Below are positions 51,906 to 64,000 of a stretch of 64,000 nt of DNA, piece by piece. Position numbers and translations under genes: made by a program. The notes under the pieces are model-generated. The model searched no databases. It had not been told where the DNA came from and saw only the letters and a list, made by a program, of their open reading frames with translations. The stretch comes from Eledone cirrhosa. Its lineage: Eukaryota. Each line of letters begins with the position of its first letter. Position 1 is the first letter of the stretch. The stretch spans positions 89,280,001 to 89,344,000 of the forward strand of contig OZ024741.1 of assembly GCA_964016885.1 (NCBI GenBank). The letters are read 5' to 3'.

Positions 51906-51995
51906 CCATAAATCAGAATGGACAAGATGCTGGTTTAAAACACAAGTTAGTGTAAAGATGTGGGTTAATGTCAAGTACATTTTTGAAGGCTGCAT
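51906..51995 (-). CDS. CLCC1: CLCC1-like first main coding exon (exon 51906-52004): MQPSKMYLTLTHIFTLTCVLNQHLVHSDLW, putative signal peptide
   Basis: tttttcag acceptor, gtaaat donor, phase 0. Start codon choice is uncertain. Confidence 0.65.
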
Positions 51996-54648
51996 TAAAA
52001 AGACCTGAAAAATATTACAATGGAAAAAATAGGAAATAATATTAAAATACAGTACAAGTAAAAGTAATGATTTCTTAATGTGAGATGTATGAAGGAAGGA
52101 GAGAGACTCTCTCCAAAACACAATACACTACATAGTATTAATGATTTCTAATTAAGACACAATGCCAACAATTTGAAGAGAGAAGGGGGAAAGTCAATTA
52201 AATTGACACCAGTACTTTACTAGTATTTTATTTATTGATGCCAAAAGGATGAAAGATAACTTCTATGGGATTTGAACTTTGTCTGAGGCTTTAATGATTC
52301 TGCCAATCTGTTGCTCTTTTTCTGTATAGAAATAATATTTCTTTTATATATTAGGTCTGGTTGGAAGGATTTAATCACCTCAGAAGAAAAATCAGTTTAA
52401 TAATGCTTTAGTTACTGCATATATATATATATATATCATCATCATTTAATGTCCACTTTCTTTACTATCAAGGTTACTGACCTACCAGACAGGCCAGGGG
52501 GATCTGCATTTCACTTACATATGGTTTTATGTTCTATTGCATGGGTTGTCCTGTTTTTGACACAACTGAAAGGTCCCCCCAACCATTTGTTTGGTGAGCT
52601 TTCTATGGCTGGATGCCCTTCCTATTACTAACCACTTTACACACCGTGTATTGGGTGTGTTTATTGTGTGGATCCACTAGAGAGGATGTTGCATCATGTC
52701 ATGACTAAAGGGTATGCCCCTTTCTTTTCTGTTTTTATAGGCATGGTTTCTACAGCAGAGTACCAGATTGGTCCTTGTCCAAACAGGAGAGCCTCCTCTG
52801 CTGTGTGTGTGTGGGGGGGGGGGGGGGGGGGGGGGCGAATAAGAGGCAGATAAGTATGAAGTTATGGCAAGTGTTGTGTGATTTGACTTTGACAGAGTTA
52901 TGAGAGGGGAAGAGGTGGGAGCATGGATGATGGTCATTAACACTGGGTGGGGGTGGTAGTCACCAGTGCTGGGAAGAAGGGTCAGAGAGGATAAGGCTAA
53001 AGAGAGTAGCCACAATGGTGTGATGGTAAGAATATCTAAAGGTTTTAGGGGGGGGGGGGGCATAGATGGAGTGGAGGATGTAGTGAAGGTGAGGATAGCA
53101 GTTAGGGAGTCTGGTGGAAAGAGGCAGAAGGGACATGGAGATAAGTCAGGTCACATTGTATGCTATTGGTGGGGTCTTCAGCAGCACAGAATAGTGCCAG
53201 CCCTTGCTGTCCTTTGTCATTTCTGTTGTGAGAAGAGCAAAAAAAGTGGGAATGAGAATGATGGAGCAAAAATTTTCTCTTTTTGGAGAATTACGAAAGA
53301 CAAAAAAAACAGTGGAGAAAGGATGAAGAATGTAAACCAACATCATTCTCATTCCTGCTTTTCTTCTCTTCTCTACACTTCTCTCATTTCTCATCTCATG
53401 CTTTAGACTCTCTTTCTTCCATTCTCCCCCTTTCTCTTCCTTCTTCTTTGACTGTTCTTCCACTCAATATGAGGTTATATTTTAACCCAACTGCTGCTAT
53501 GCATAATATTGCTCACAATAGGATAACTCGTCTAATCCATGCCAGCGTGTTATGGATGTTAAATGATGATGATATATATGTAGTTCAAGATTAAAAGTTA
53601 AAAAAAGAGATACAATTGCACAGTCTTATTAGCTTCATGCTTCTTGGAAAAGGAATGTTTCATCAGTAAAGAGTAAAGTTAGGAGAAATAACAGGTTCAT
53701 CGTGATGGATGAGGTGGGCAGGAATGTAGTCTGGACGGTGTGAGGCACTGTTATGTGTGTGAAGTCAAGGTGCATTTTGTGAGTGTGTGTGTTGTTTATA
53801 GTTTTTATTTGTGTGTTTGTGTGTTAGAGTGATGTATATTTTGTTTGTGATGATATGTATGTGGTTCTTTCTATGGTAGTGTGTGTGTGAGTTTTTAAAA
53901 TTTCTTTAATGTTGTTTGTGTGTATGTTTATGTATAAATGTGTGTGTGTCTGAGTAAGTTTGAGTAGATTATTAATGTGTATGTCATCATCATCATCATC
54001 ATTAAATGTCTATCTTCCACGCTAGCATGGGTTAGATGGGTCATCGATTAACGTCCATCTTCCACATTAGCATGGGTTAGACGGGCCCTATTTTGAGGCA
54101 AGTTGTGTCAGGTGACCATGTCTCACTCATATAGGGGTGTATTTGGCTGGTTTTCTACGGCTGGATGCCCTCCCTAATGCCAACCACATTGACAGTGTTT
54201 ACTGGATGCTTTTTGCCATGTCTTTTACATGTCTACTTTACTGACATATATACATATATACATATATACACACACAGATACATGCATAGACACACTCACA
54301 CACACAATACAATCTATACACATCTGTACAAATCACCCATCTACACTCATATTATATTGCTGAATATCCCCCCCCCCCTTGTACTCTGTCCAGGCATATG
54401 TCATTATGTTGTTATTGGTAGCAGTGTTGGTGTTGTTGATGATGGTGGTAGTGTTGTTGATAGTGGTGGTGGTGTTGGTGTTAGCTGTGGTGGGTGGGTG
54501 GTAGTATGATCAGGTTTATAGTGGAGGTGTCAATCAGTCAATAGTAGTACTATAATGTAATAAACAGCTGACCACCACCACCACCACCACCACCCCCACT
54601 GTGTGTGCAGCCATTTCCTCTACCTCCGATTGTCTTCATCCCACATAC

Positions 54649-54803
54649 CATTGTAGGCGTAGTCAGCTTTGTTGTGCATGATCAGTTTGTTTTCAACAAA
54701 GTAAAAACTATCTGATCTTGTGTCATAGGGACTTCTGATCATATCATCAATTTCATAGTCTGATAGAGCTGGGAATTCATAGATATGTTCGCAAGTGTTT
54801 ACA
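54649..54803 (-). other. Candidate upstream exon ending ACAATG|gtatgt; stop-free in a second frame
   Basis: tagcag acceptor and gtatgt donor. Unique, coding-like sequence [15 protein letters not shown]...ADYAYN. Confidence 0.45.
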
Positions 54804-55109
54804 CTGCTAGGAATGCAGTGTGTATGTGAATATACCAAGAGAAAGCCATGTAAACAGGGCTGGACTTGCACCTGCTGATGCCCTAAGCTATATGAAATTT
54901 GAGGCCCTTCTCTAAAAAAAATACAATTATTGTTTTTTATATTAATGTTAATGATAAAGAATAAATAATATATATATATATATATATAGGAGGTGAGTTT
55001 TATTGTGGCACAATAAAGCAATGCAAATATCGGATAAGTAGCACTCTACAGTTTGTAGGACTGGAGTATAAATAATATAAGATCAAAAGATGGTTAAAAG
55101 AGTTCTAAG

Positions 55110-55180
55110 TATTTTATTATGCACATTTCAAAAACAAATATCATCATGGGATGATATCTGCGTTCTCATCAGATAAAATA
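55110..55180 (-). ncRNA. Type I hammerhead ribozyme fold (mirror copy)
   Basis: Reverse complement of 55624-55691 with stem III ugugca. Confidence 0.65.
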
Positions 55181-55623
55181 GGGATACATATGAAGCTTAA
55201 AAAACACTTGTGAATAGTGAAGTTTTAAATCAACATATGAAAAATAAATTAAGATTGATGTATGAGATTGGGAAAAAGTGAGGTGGGGTGGGGGTGGAAA
55301 AGGTAAAGAAGAGGAAGAGATGAGAGTAAAGAATGGTGGGGGAGGAGTATAAGAAGGAAGAATGAGAGCTCTCTGTGAGACAATATATATTTTTTTCTCA
55401 ATTGTAAAAGCTATCTCTCTCTCTATATATCACCCATCTCTCCTCCTCTCTCATCCTTCCTTCTTATACTCCTCCCCCACCATTCTTTACTCTCATCTCT
55501 TCCTCACCCCCCCCCCCCCTCACTTTTTCCCAATCTCATACATCAATCTTAATATATTTTTCATATGTTGATTTAAAACTTCACTATTCACAAGTGTTTT
55601 TTAAGCTTCATATCATGTATCCC

Positions 55624-55691
55624 TATTTTATCTGATGAGAACGCAGATATCCCATGATGATATTTGTTTTTGAAATGCGCATAATAAAATA
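55624..55691 (+). ncRNA. Type I hammerhead ribozyme fold
   Basis: uauuuuau-CUGAUGA-long stem II-GAAA-ugcgca-UA-auaaaaua. Confidence 0.75.
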
Positions 55692-55751
55692 CTTGGAACT
55701 CTTTTAACCATCTTTTGATCTTATATATATATATATATATATATATACATA

Positions 55752-57126
55752 CGAGGAGTTCAAGACTGGCTGCCCATGGGAACTCCTATACGCAGATGAT
55801 CTAACGCTCATAGCTGAATCAATGGCCGAACTAGAGAAGAAATTCCAAACATGGAAGCATGGCCTAGAATCAAAAGGCCTTAAAATTAACTTGTCTAAGA
55901 CTAAAGTTCTAGTTTGTAGGAAGGAAAATAGGGCACCAGTCCCATCTGGGAAATGGCCATGCTCAGTGTGTAGGAAAGGAGTAGGCAGAAACTCCATTTT
56001 ATGTCCCAAATGCAAAGTATGGGTGCATAAAAGATGTAGTGGGATCACAGGTAAGCTAACTAAGAATATAGATTTTATATGTGGCTGGTGCTCTGGTGCA
56101 ATAAGTAGCAGCAAGTGCCCACAGAATACTAGCTCATTCCATTGCACAGATGGTTCTATAGGAATAGTGGACACCTTCCGTTACCTGGGTGACAAAATCA
56201 GCAGTGGTGGAGGGTGCTCTGAAAGTACTGTAGCTAGAGTCAGAACGGGATGGAAAAAGTTCAGAGAACTTATACCACTATTTGCCGCTAAAGGGTTCTC
56301 TCTAAAAATGAAAGGCAGGCTGTATGATGCCTGCATATGAACAGCAATGTTACATGGCAGTGAGACATGGGCATTGTGTGCAGAGGATCTATGCTGACTG
56401 GAGAGAAACGAAGCTTGCATGCTCCGCTGGATGTGTAATAGTAATATACGTGAACGGCAAAGCATAAACGAACTAAGGAAAAAATTAGAAATAAGAGGGA
56501 TCAGATGTTGTTTACTCGAGAGAAGGCTACGTTGGTATGGTCACGTGATGCGCATGAAAGACGACAGCTGTATAAAAAAGTGCAGGGCGATAAAAATAGA
56601 CGGTAGCCACGGAGTAGGCAGACCCAGAAAAACCTGGGACGACTTGATAAATTCCGACCTCACACACTTACACCTCTCCAAGACAATGTCACTGGACCGA
56701 GATCTTTGGCGCTACACAGTAATACAGAAGACCCGCCTTGCCTAAGTACAAAGCGAAACCTCCAGTCAGTAGGCACCTCTAACAAAAATACACCCCCGTC
56801 CCATTACCCCCACCCCATCCACACCACCCCTTTCAATGTAAAGTTATGTTGGTGCCACAACATCCAGTCCGAAACAAATGAGGTCGTGTAGGTGTCACGA
56901 CAAAAAAACACACAGTCCACGCTGTAATGTGGCCATGTAGGTAACACGGTAAAAACCTCCCAGTCCACACTGTAAACGTGGTTGGTGTTAGGAAGGGCAT
57001 CCAGCCGTAGAAAACCCACCAGACAGTCCTATACGAGCAAGACAACCAATCTTACCTCAAGTGGGAAAATTCCCGTTCAAACCCATGCTAGTGTGGAAGA
57101 TGGACGTTAAACAATGATGATGATGA
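55752..57126 (+). mobile_element. Diverged RTE family 1 subfamily copy, 5'-truncated, PHD intact
   Basis: LLYADD...WPCSVC...WVHKRC...FICGWC...FRYLG, with two stops and the tail. Confidence 0.92.
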
Positions 57127-57164
57127 TACATATATATATATATATACACACACACACAAATATA

Positions 57165-58060
57165 TGGTGCTAAATCGAAATCACTCAATGTGGGAGTCGA
57201 ACTCCGCCAAGGGTGTGTACCTTCACCAATTCTGTTCCTCATTTTCACGAACAGGACTGACATGCACAGCCGGGTTGGAAGTGGTATCACAACTGGCATG
57301 TGTAGGATCAGTTGGCTGGAATTTGCAGATGATATGATATTTCTTAACTCAAGAGAAGGTAATCTCTGACTTGCACTTGATAGATTTGATGCCAAGTGTT
57401 GCACGAAATCAAGTGCTGCGAAAACTGATACACTCGTCCTCTCAAGGAAGCCTGCACCATACAATCTACATGTGAATGGAGTTCTACTGAAGCAGGTGGA
57501 GAAATTCAAATATCTCAGAGCCATGTTCATGGCAGGAGGCTGAATTAAGTACAAGAATTGTAGGAGCTGGTGCAGTAATGTGCCAGCTTCAGCATTTAGT
57601 AAACAGAAGGGAGGTAGGTGTAAAAGCCAAACTTGTTATTTTCAATTCAGTATTTGTGCTAACCCATACCTGACTGAAAGAATATGATTGCGAATACAAG
57701 CAGCCAAAATGGGGTCCCTCCGAAGGGTCTTTGGAGTAATGTTATTCAACAGAGTGTGTAGCTTGGAGATCAGAGTCATTCCAGGTAGAGCCGCTACTTC
57801 TCTGAATTGAGAGATCACAGCTCCGATATTACGGGTATGTGGTTAGAATGTCTCAGGAAAGAATTACTGGACAGATTCTACGAGCAAAACCAACCGACAG
57901 GAGACCCAGGGGTGGACCCCGGGCAAGATGGTTGGAATTCATCCATGAGCTTGGTTGATCATTCTTGGGGATCCAGCCGGATTAGTTGGAGATGGTTGCT
58001 TGTAATGGGACCTGCTGGAAAGAGAGTTTGAGGACTCAGGAATAAGTAGACGAAGAAGAT
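57165..58060 (+). mobile_element. RTE family 2 decayed 3' fragment
   Basis: GVRLRQGCVPSP, LEFADD, KFKYL, GRPRG. Confidence 0.85.
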
Positions 58061-58257
58061 GATGCTGATGTGATGGTGTGTGTGTATGTATTCTCAATAG
58101 TATTCTTAGTATCCTAAGTAACATGTATTTGTATGTTGTTTGTATGTATGTAATTGAGTGTGCTTGTGGGTGTTATCATGTGTCTGTGTCTGAGTGAATT
58201 TGTGCAGATTATTAATGTGTGTGTAAATATGAGTATCTGGATTTGTATATGTATATA

Positions 58258-58663
58258 TCTTTATATATATAAAAGCGAGGATGTGTGTGTCTGTGTACAA
58301 CTTGGCATGCATAAGGCTTTCACAATTACCAACTGAATTTGACCAGATTTTCTGTGCACGTTGCACAGGTCGATAAGATTGTCACATCACAAACATTTTT
58401 CAAATCGACCCACGTTGAGCAATAAAAAATCGATATCAAAATTATCGGTAGAAAAATTGATGTAAGGGAGATAACACACTTTATTGACAATCCTTATAAA
58501 AAAGGGAGATAACCTTTTCACCAAATATATTTGTTTGCATTAATTATTGAAGACTTCTGCTTATTTTGACAGGTTGGGGACAAATAATGTTCTTCTTTTA
58601 CTTCCTAGCTGTATATTCTTAGGATAATTTCAAACCCCGAGCAACACCGGGTAAATCTGCTAG
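58258..58663 (+). mobile_element. Non-autonomous Helitron-like element
   Basis: 5' TC, 3' cccgagcaacaccggg hairpin, CTAG|T. Confidence 0.75.
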
Positions 58664-60374
58664 TAAATATATATGAGCAAAGTTACTCATAGTATGAATG
58701 AACACTAGCATCTATCTTTCTCATTACCTTAACATCCCTGGAAAATTCAATTTAATTCTTAAGGGTGGGATTGCATACTATTACATCTAGGTTGCAAAAT
58801 GATTTGAAAAAAGCATGGTGCTGGAATGATGCATGTGAGACAATATAGAAACATAGAAACAGATGACACCACCTTCACTCCCACCAAAAAGAAAACTGTG
58901 TTTTCTAACTAAAACAGCAAAGTGAGTACATAAAAAATATACAAAAGTCTTTCCCTTTCAGTAAACAGCTAAACATTAATAGTTTTGTTAAGATGCCATC
59001 ACTTGCTCACAGATTGTTAGAAGCAGTTTATTGGTTATTTTCATACACATAAGGTTACTTTCTATCTTGGTCAAATCATATATGTAAATGGACTACATAT
59101 ACTGAGTCTAGCCATAAGCCTTCAGTGTATAGTGTATTTTTACTATATTATCTTCTTCAAACTAATTCCAGAAAGCCTTTATTCAAACTCCAGGGGTAGA
59201 TTCTTCTTCCTCTTTTGTCCATACCTGAGATATCCTTGTATGATTTAGTTATTTACTGAATACTAAACAATTGGCTTTGTCAGGCAGCAAGTCAACAAAT
59301 ATGCTTGTTTTACAGTTGACCAACTCAGTATCATTGTCTTAGTGATGCAGGCCCAGACATAGTGGGGAAGTGGTTCTCTGGTGTAAGGTAGCTCATGTGT
59401 ATGTCGCCTCATGTGGCTAAACATGTTTGGTGACATCACTCCCTATTTCTTCCCACTTTCCCTCCTTCATCTCCACTTTACTCTTTTTAATGTGTATATG
59501 TATGTATATTATAATAGTATCTGATAAGTAGTTACATATTACTTGAAAGTTTAAATTACTTCTCAATGTGTGTGTTATATTGATTGAATAGAAGCAAACA
59601 CACATACACCAGGTCCGAATACAGAGGAGCCGAACTCCCACTGTCATCGTCTCCATTTCTCTCGTCCTCCCCATTTCTCACTATTATGAGATAAACAGAT
59701 GGTCATAAATATTAAAAACTTCCCTGGGGAAGAATGCATCATCCAACATAGGTTAGTGATTAATAACTTTAGCATATTAGCTCGATGCACACAGAAACCT
59801 AAGGCAATCTGAAAAAGTTTAAAGAACTTACAAACAGCCAGAAGTTTAAAAACATACTAGATAAAGCACTTGACAGGGAAAATGAGAAGTTAGAGAGACA
59901 GAAGGTGATGTGATGGTGGAAAAGTACTATAAACAGGCTATGCTGGGAGAGTGGGAAGAATACCAGGTGGTTAGATGCAAGACAGGGCATCAGGTTTATT
60001 TGGCAAGTAGATAGGCAGAAAGAAGGTTTGCCAATGATCTGCAGCATGAGGATCAGAGGTATGAAGTGTTTATGAAATAGTGGCTCACTTCCCCTTACTG
60101 ATACCAAAAAGAAGGGAGTGACTATGAATGATTGTTGAATGAGAAGCATGTATAGGAGAGTGAGGGTCTACTCCAAGTAGACTCAACTGAGAGACCAGTC
60201 ATCAAAGTTGACACCAGTATCGTAGATAAGGTGATAAAGGAAATGAAAGTAGGAAAGGCAGTTGGCTCTTTGAGGATTGTTGTAGAGCAGCATTTCTCAA
60301 CCTTTTTACCATTGTGGAACCCTTGAAATAGTTTTCATGTCTCAAGGAACAACTGCATAAAATTATTAAATACC

Positions 60375-60557
60375 AGGTGAATTGGCAGTATCGGTAGAGG
60401 GTCGGACATGCTTTCCAGCATAGTTACGTCCCTTTACGATCTGAGTTCAAATCCCGCTGAGGTTAACTTTACCTTTCATCCATACGGGGTCGATAAAATA
60501 AAGTACCAGTAATGTTCTGTGTAATTGCTGGCCTTGTGCCAAAAGTAGAAACAATTA
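60375..60557 (+). mobile_element. tRNA-derived SINE (Meta-domain-like)
   Basis: Same family as 2024-2212. Confidence 0.85.
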
Positions 60558-60678
60558 TTAATATCTAACTCTTTATATTTTTATCATAGTTCACATGGTA
60601 AACATAATATATCATTTAGGATAACTGGTTCCCGGAAAAAAAAAAAAGCCCCCCCCCCCCCGTCAAATTTATTGGCAA

Positions 60679-61254
60679 CTAGCAGTGGTACCCGGCGTTG
60701 CACGGGATAAGGTATTGTGAAATATATAACCGCCCTAGCTAAGCTTAGTATTGCCACAACCACGGCTGGCAAAGTAAGGGTCTGGTGGTACGTAAGTAAG
60801 CAACATTGTGGCTTAAAACGTGTAAAGAAGTTGTGTGCACTTACCATCTGTTTGGGGAATGAGTGTGAGATTTGTCTTGAGCAAGGGTGGCAGAATAACC
60901 GGAAGCAGCAGACAGCCAGACATACAGACAGATATTATAAGGGTGCATTTTGGACGCATAGTGAATTGTAGGAAGTGACGTAATGCAGTCAGCCAGACAT
61001 ACAGACAGATATTATAAGGGCACGATGTTATATGTATGTATCTATCTAAAAAGAGAAAGACTAAGAATTATAGAGAGAGATCGCCTAATGCGGTCCCTAG
61101 GGCATTGAAAATTTGAAATGTTTTTTGCTCAGAACACTCCCTGAAACAAGTATTACATGTGTAAAGTTTGAAAACGGTCGGTTGGGTGCTTCTCTAGTTT
61201 TAGGGATTCAAACTCACACACACAGACAGACATCCTCAGTTTTATATATATAGA
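60679..61254 (-). mobile_element. Non-autonomous Helitron-like element
   Basis: On the - strand: A|TC start, cccgtgcaacgccggg hairpin, CTAG|T end. Confidence 0.8.
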
Positions 61255-61787
61255 TGAACCCCCCCCCCCCCAAAAAAAACGACCTAGTTTTAAATAATAT
61301 AAGAGGTTGACGCCTTTATAATAATAACCAAGGATTTCCCAATAACTTGTATGTATATAGTAAAATTACAAATATAAAATTAAACAAAAATGACTAAAAA
61401 ATGCATTAGTTTATTTATCACTGTTTCTTGTGGAACCCTAGCGATCTCTTGTGGAACCCTAGGGTTCCAGGGAACACCGGTTGAGAAATGCTGTTGTAGA
61501 GACTGTAAAACTATCTGGTGAAGCATGGTACTGGCAAGCTACACATATAGTAAGACAGGTAGTGCAGGAAGGTGTCATACTAAACGATTGGTGAAGTAGC
61601 ATTGTTGTCAACTGCTACAGTGGTAAAGGAGATACACTAGAGATACAATTATAGAGGCATCAAATTCTTAAATCAGGTTATGAAGGATAAAGAAAGAGTG
61701 GTAGAAAAGTTGATTAAGAATGGAATCAATCTTCATGAGATCCAGCCATAGAAGACTTCAGTTGTGTCAAATACATGACCCTCTCCC

Positions 61788-64000
61788 CAGTGGCGTAACT
61801 AACGGGGGGAGGGGGGAGGGCCTGGCTTTCCTGTCAGTCTAGGTGGGCCCCCTAGGCTATAATTCTAAACACATAACTTATTACACATGTAATTACGAAT
61901 CCTTAACTACAACAACGTAAAGAAAACGCTTAATCTCTAAGACGAAGTTAAGACCAATCTCTTGTTTATTTAAAAAATATAATATTTCGGATAAAATGGC
62001 AACTGCATCTAAAAAAAAGTGTAGACAATATTCCGTCGAATAAAAACGTTAAATTTTTTTACTTGCTTTCCCCACATCTTATTGAGTTGAGTCAGGTTTC
62101 AGTCAGGTGATGCATCTGCTTTCAAAAAGTCAAAATCGCCTAGCTATAGATAGAAGAGGTGATTTACGACTCTCTCTAACGGCTTTCACACCAAACATTG
62201 ACAAATTAGTAGCCTTGCATCAATCACAGGGATCTCATTAAAAACCGATTATTATATTCTTTGATTTGTAAATATAAATAAATGATTTGATATCTAAATT
62301 CTATATTATTCTATTTGTTTGAAATGTTGTAATACATGCTTATGTTATTCTTGATACTCAGGTTTTTAACCTAATATTTAATTAAAAGTATAATTATGCA
62401 TGAGTATATACACACAAATATATATATCTATATATTGTATGTATATATATATAAAAAAAAAAAAAATTTTTTATTTATGTTGTTACTTTTTATCATTAGT
62501 CAATTTGGTATTTGCGACATTTCCTGAACTTTTGCTCTATGTTTTGTATTTCATCGATTATTTGACATGTTTTACATTCTTCGGTGTTGAATATCAAATC
62601 AAGCAAATTGCATTATTCCAAGTGTGTCAATATAGTGCTCATTGTGGGTATGGTGTGGTGTGTAGTGGCCGGAGGCTGGGCGTGCTTGACTGGAAGCGTG
62701 CTCGACCGGAAGGGCGAGCAGATGTGACATCAGCTTGAGAGGCCCCTTTCTCTTCTACGACGGTCATCAGACTGAGACAGACATGCGATCGGCGAGCTGG
62801 ATTGTACACACGTGGAAGAGAGGAAAACCAGCCAATGACTTTGCCAGGACCAGAGAAATGCGGTAAGTGAAGTGGCTTTCTAATCACAAGCTATTTCGGC
62901 ACTTAAAGACTTATAGAAAAAAAAAAGAGAAAAAGGAAAAACGAAGAATTTTTTTTTAAGACAAAGCCACTGGAAAACAGTGTCAATCTAGTGCTCATTA
63001 ACAAAACTTACAAAACTGGAGCAACAAAGAGGAGAGAAGCTAGACAAGCTGCCACGGAAGAATCTGCAAAGAAATGTCATCTAATCACAGTAGTGATGCA
63101 TCCCAAACGTAACTGCCGGAATTTCCGTTGAGTCGGTCTGGTCAGATGAACTGGAGAAACAGAAAAGCACTGGAGAGTCACGAGAACCTGACGTCGAAGA
63201 TGCCTCAGGTCCATCGACTATCTCAACAACCGTCGTAGTCACTGAAGATGTGGTTCCAAATGGGGATCCAAACTCAATAGAGGGGAAAATGGCTGTATCG
63301 GAATCTGAAAATGAAAATGATTCAGAGGAAACTACATCGGCAAAACAAATCCCAGACTATGAGCCAGTAGAATGCATGTTGAATTTACAAGAGAAGTATC
63401 CAAGCAACCCGAAACATTTCGAGGACAGACCATTGACGACTCCTCTAATTCGCGCCCTCATGGCCGTTGGTCCTTGTCAGCCAGGATTGAAAGATAATTT
63501 TGCTGATTTCCCTCTCGACTCGAACCACAGAAAATTCAACATCAGTTGGGACAAGAGAAAGTGTGCTGGAATCCATAAAGTTGTCCGTCTAACCCATGCT
63601 AGCGTGGAAGAACGGACGTAAAACGGTGATGATAATGATGACCGACACTGGTTAGTATACTCTACTGAATCCAACAGACTATATTGCTTTTGTTGTTGGC
63701 TGTTTGCTGATAAAAATGCCGAATCTTACTCGAAGACTTGGGGTAATCCAGAGTATGGGATGGCAAACTTCAAAAAGGGAATCAAAAAAATTGCCAAGCA
63801 TGAGAAAAGTGCCATTCACATCAATGCACAAAAGCAATACTTCATGACAAAATATCGTTTGGACGCAGATAAAACAGTGATCGATAACCTCATCCATGAA
63901 GAGAAGAAGCGAATTGAATGAAATCGCCAGATATTGAGGCGATTACTTGATTGTACGTTATTTCTCGCAAAACAAGGCCTGGCCTTCAGAGGTCATAGGG
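61788..64000 (+). mobile_element. hAT (Tip100/ZMYM1-like) transposon, disrupted, running off the window
   Basis: CAGTGGCG terminus. TTF-type zinc finger WLVYS...LYCFCCWLF...HEKSAIH, and FLAKQGLAFRGH. Stops plus an RTE-tail insert at about 63582-63640. Confidence 0.82.

Larger units (their letters stand above)
55074..55727. repeat. Long inverted repeat (~290-bp arms), Penelope-like foldback
   Basis: About 55074-55367 is the reverse complement of about 55445-55727. Confidence 0.93.
60288..61493. mobile_element. hAT (Charlie-type) MITE with nested SINE and Helitron
   Basis: TIR cagcatttctcaacc / ggttgagaaatgctg. 8-bp TSD ttgtagag at 60280-60287 and 61494-61501. Confidence 0.92.
59795..61740 (+). 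mobile_element. Old RTE family 1 fragment interrupted by a hAT MITE
   Basis: Linker and RT remnants on both sides of the MITE (MKVGKAVG ... VVNCYSGKGD..NYRGIK). Confidence 0.78.

Noticed and set aside
52677-53594. Several 100-146 aa ORFs
   Set aside because: Purine-rich and G-run low-complexity repeat sequence with no recognisable motifs or splice pattern.
58728-59330. Donor-like sites (58728, 59225) as further CLCC1 coding exons
   Set aside because: Stops occur close upstream in all frames. At most these are non-coding exons, and they are unsupported.

Overview
Eukaryotic, AT-rich, repeat-dense animal DNA. An octopus-type cephalopod is inferred from the SINE and LINE repertoire and the (CAT)n tails. 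Two multi-exon genes were assembled by hand on the - strand from splice sites and phase matching. The first is a CLCC1/MCLC-like ER membrane protein of about 375 aa (7 coding exons, 33543-51995). The second is an unnamed secreted Cys-rich protein of about 235 aa (7 exons, 269-27073), built from three two-exon modules with a GC-AG first intron. Intron 2 of the second gene holds a full-length, nearly intact RTE LINE (13432-18987). This element has a C4HC3 PHD finger inside its reverse transcriptase and a 5' end made of about 4.6 near-identical ~407-bp monomers. The rest is layered TE debris: RTE, CR1, Tx1/L1, SINEs, mariner, hAT, piggyBac MITEs and Helitrons. It also contains Penelope-type foldbacks carrying hammerhead ribozyme folds, a twin-primed RTE insertion, and a possible spliced ORF overlapping the CLCC1-like start. 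All gene models are manual predictions without transcript support.
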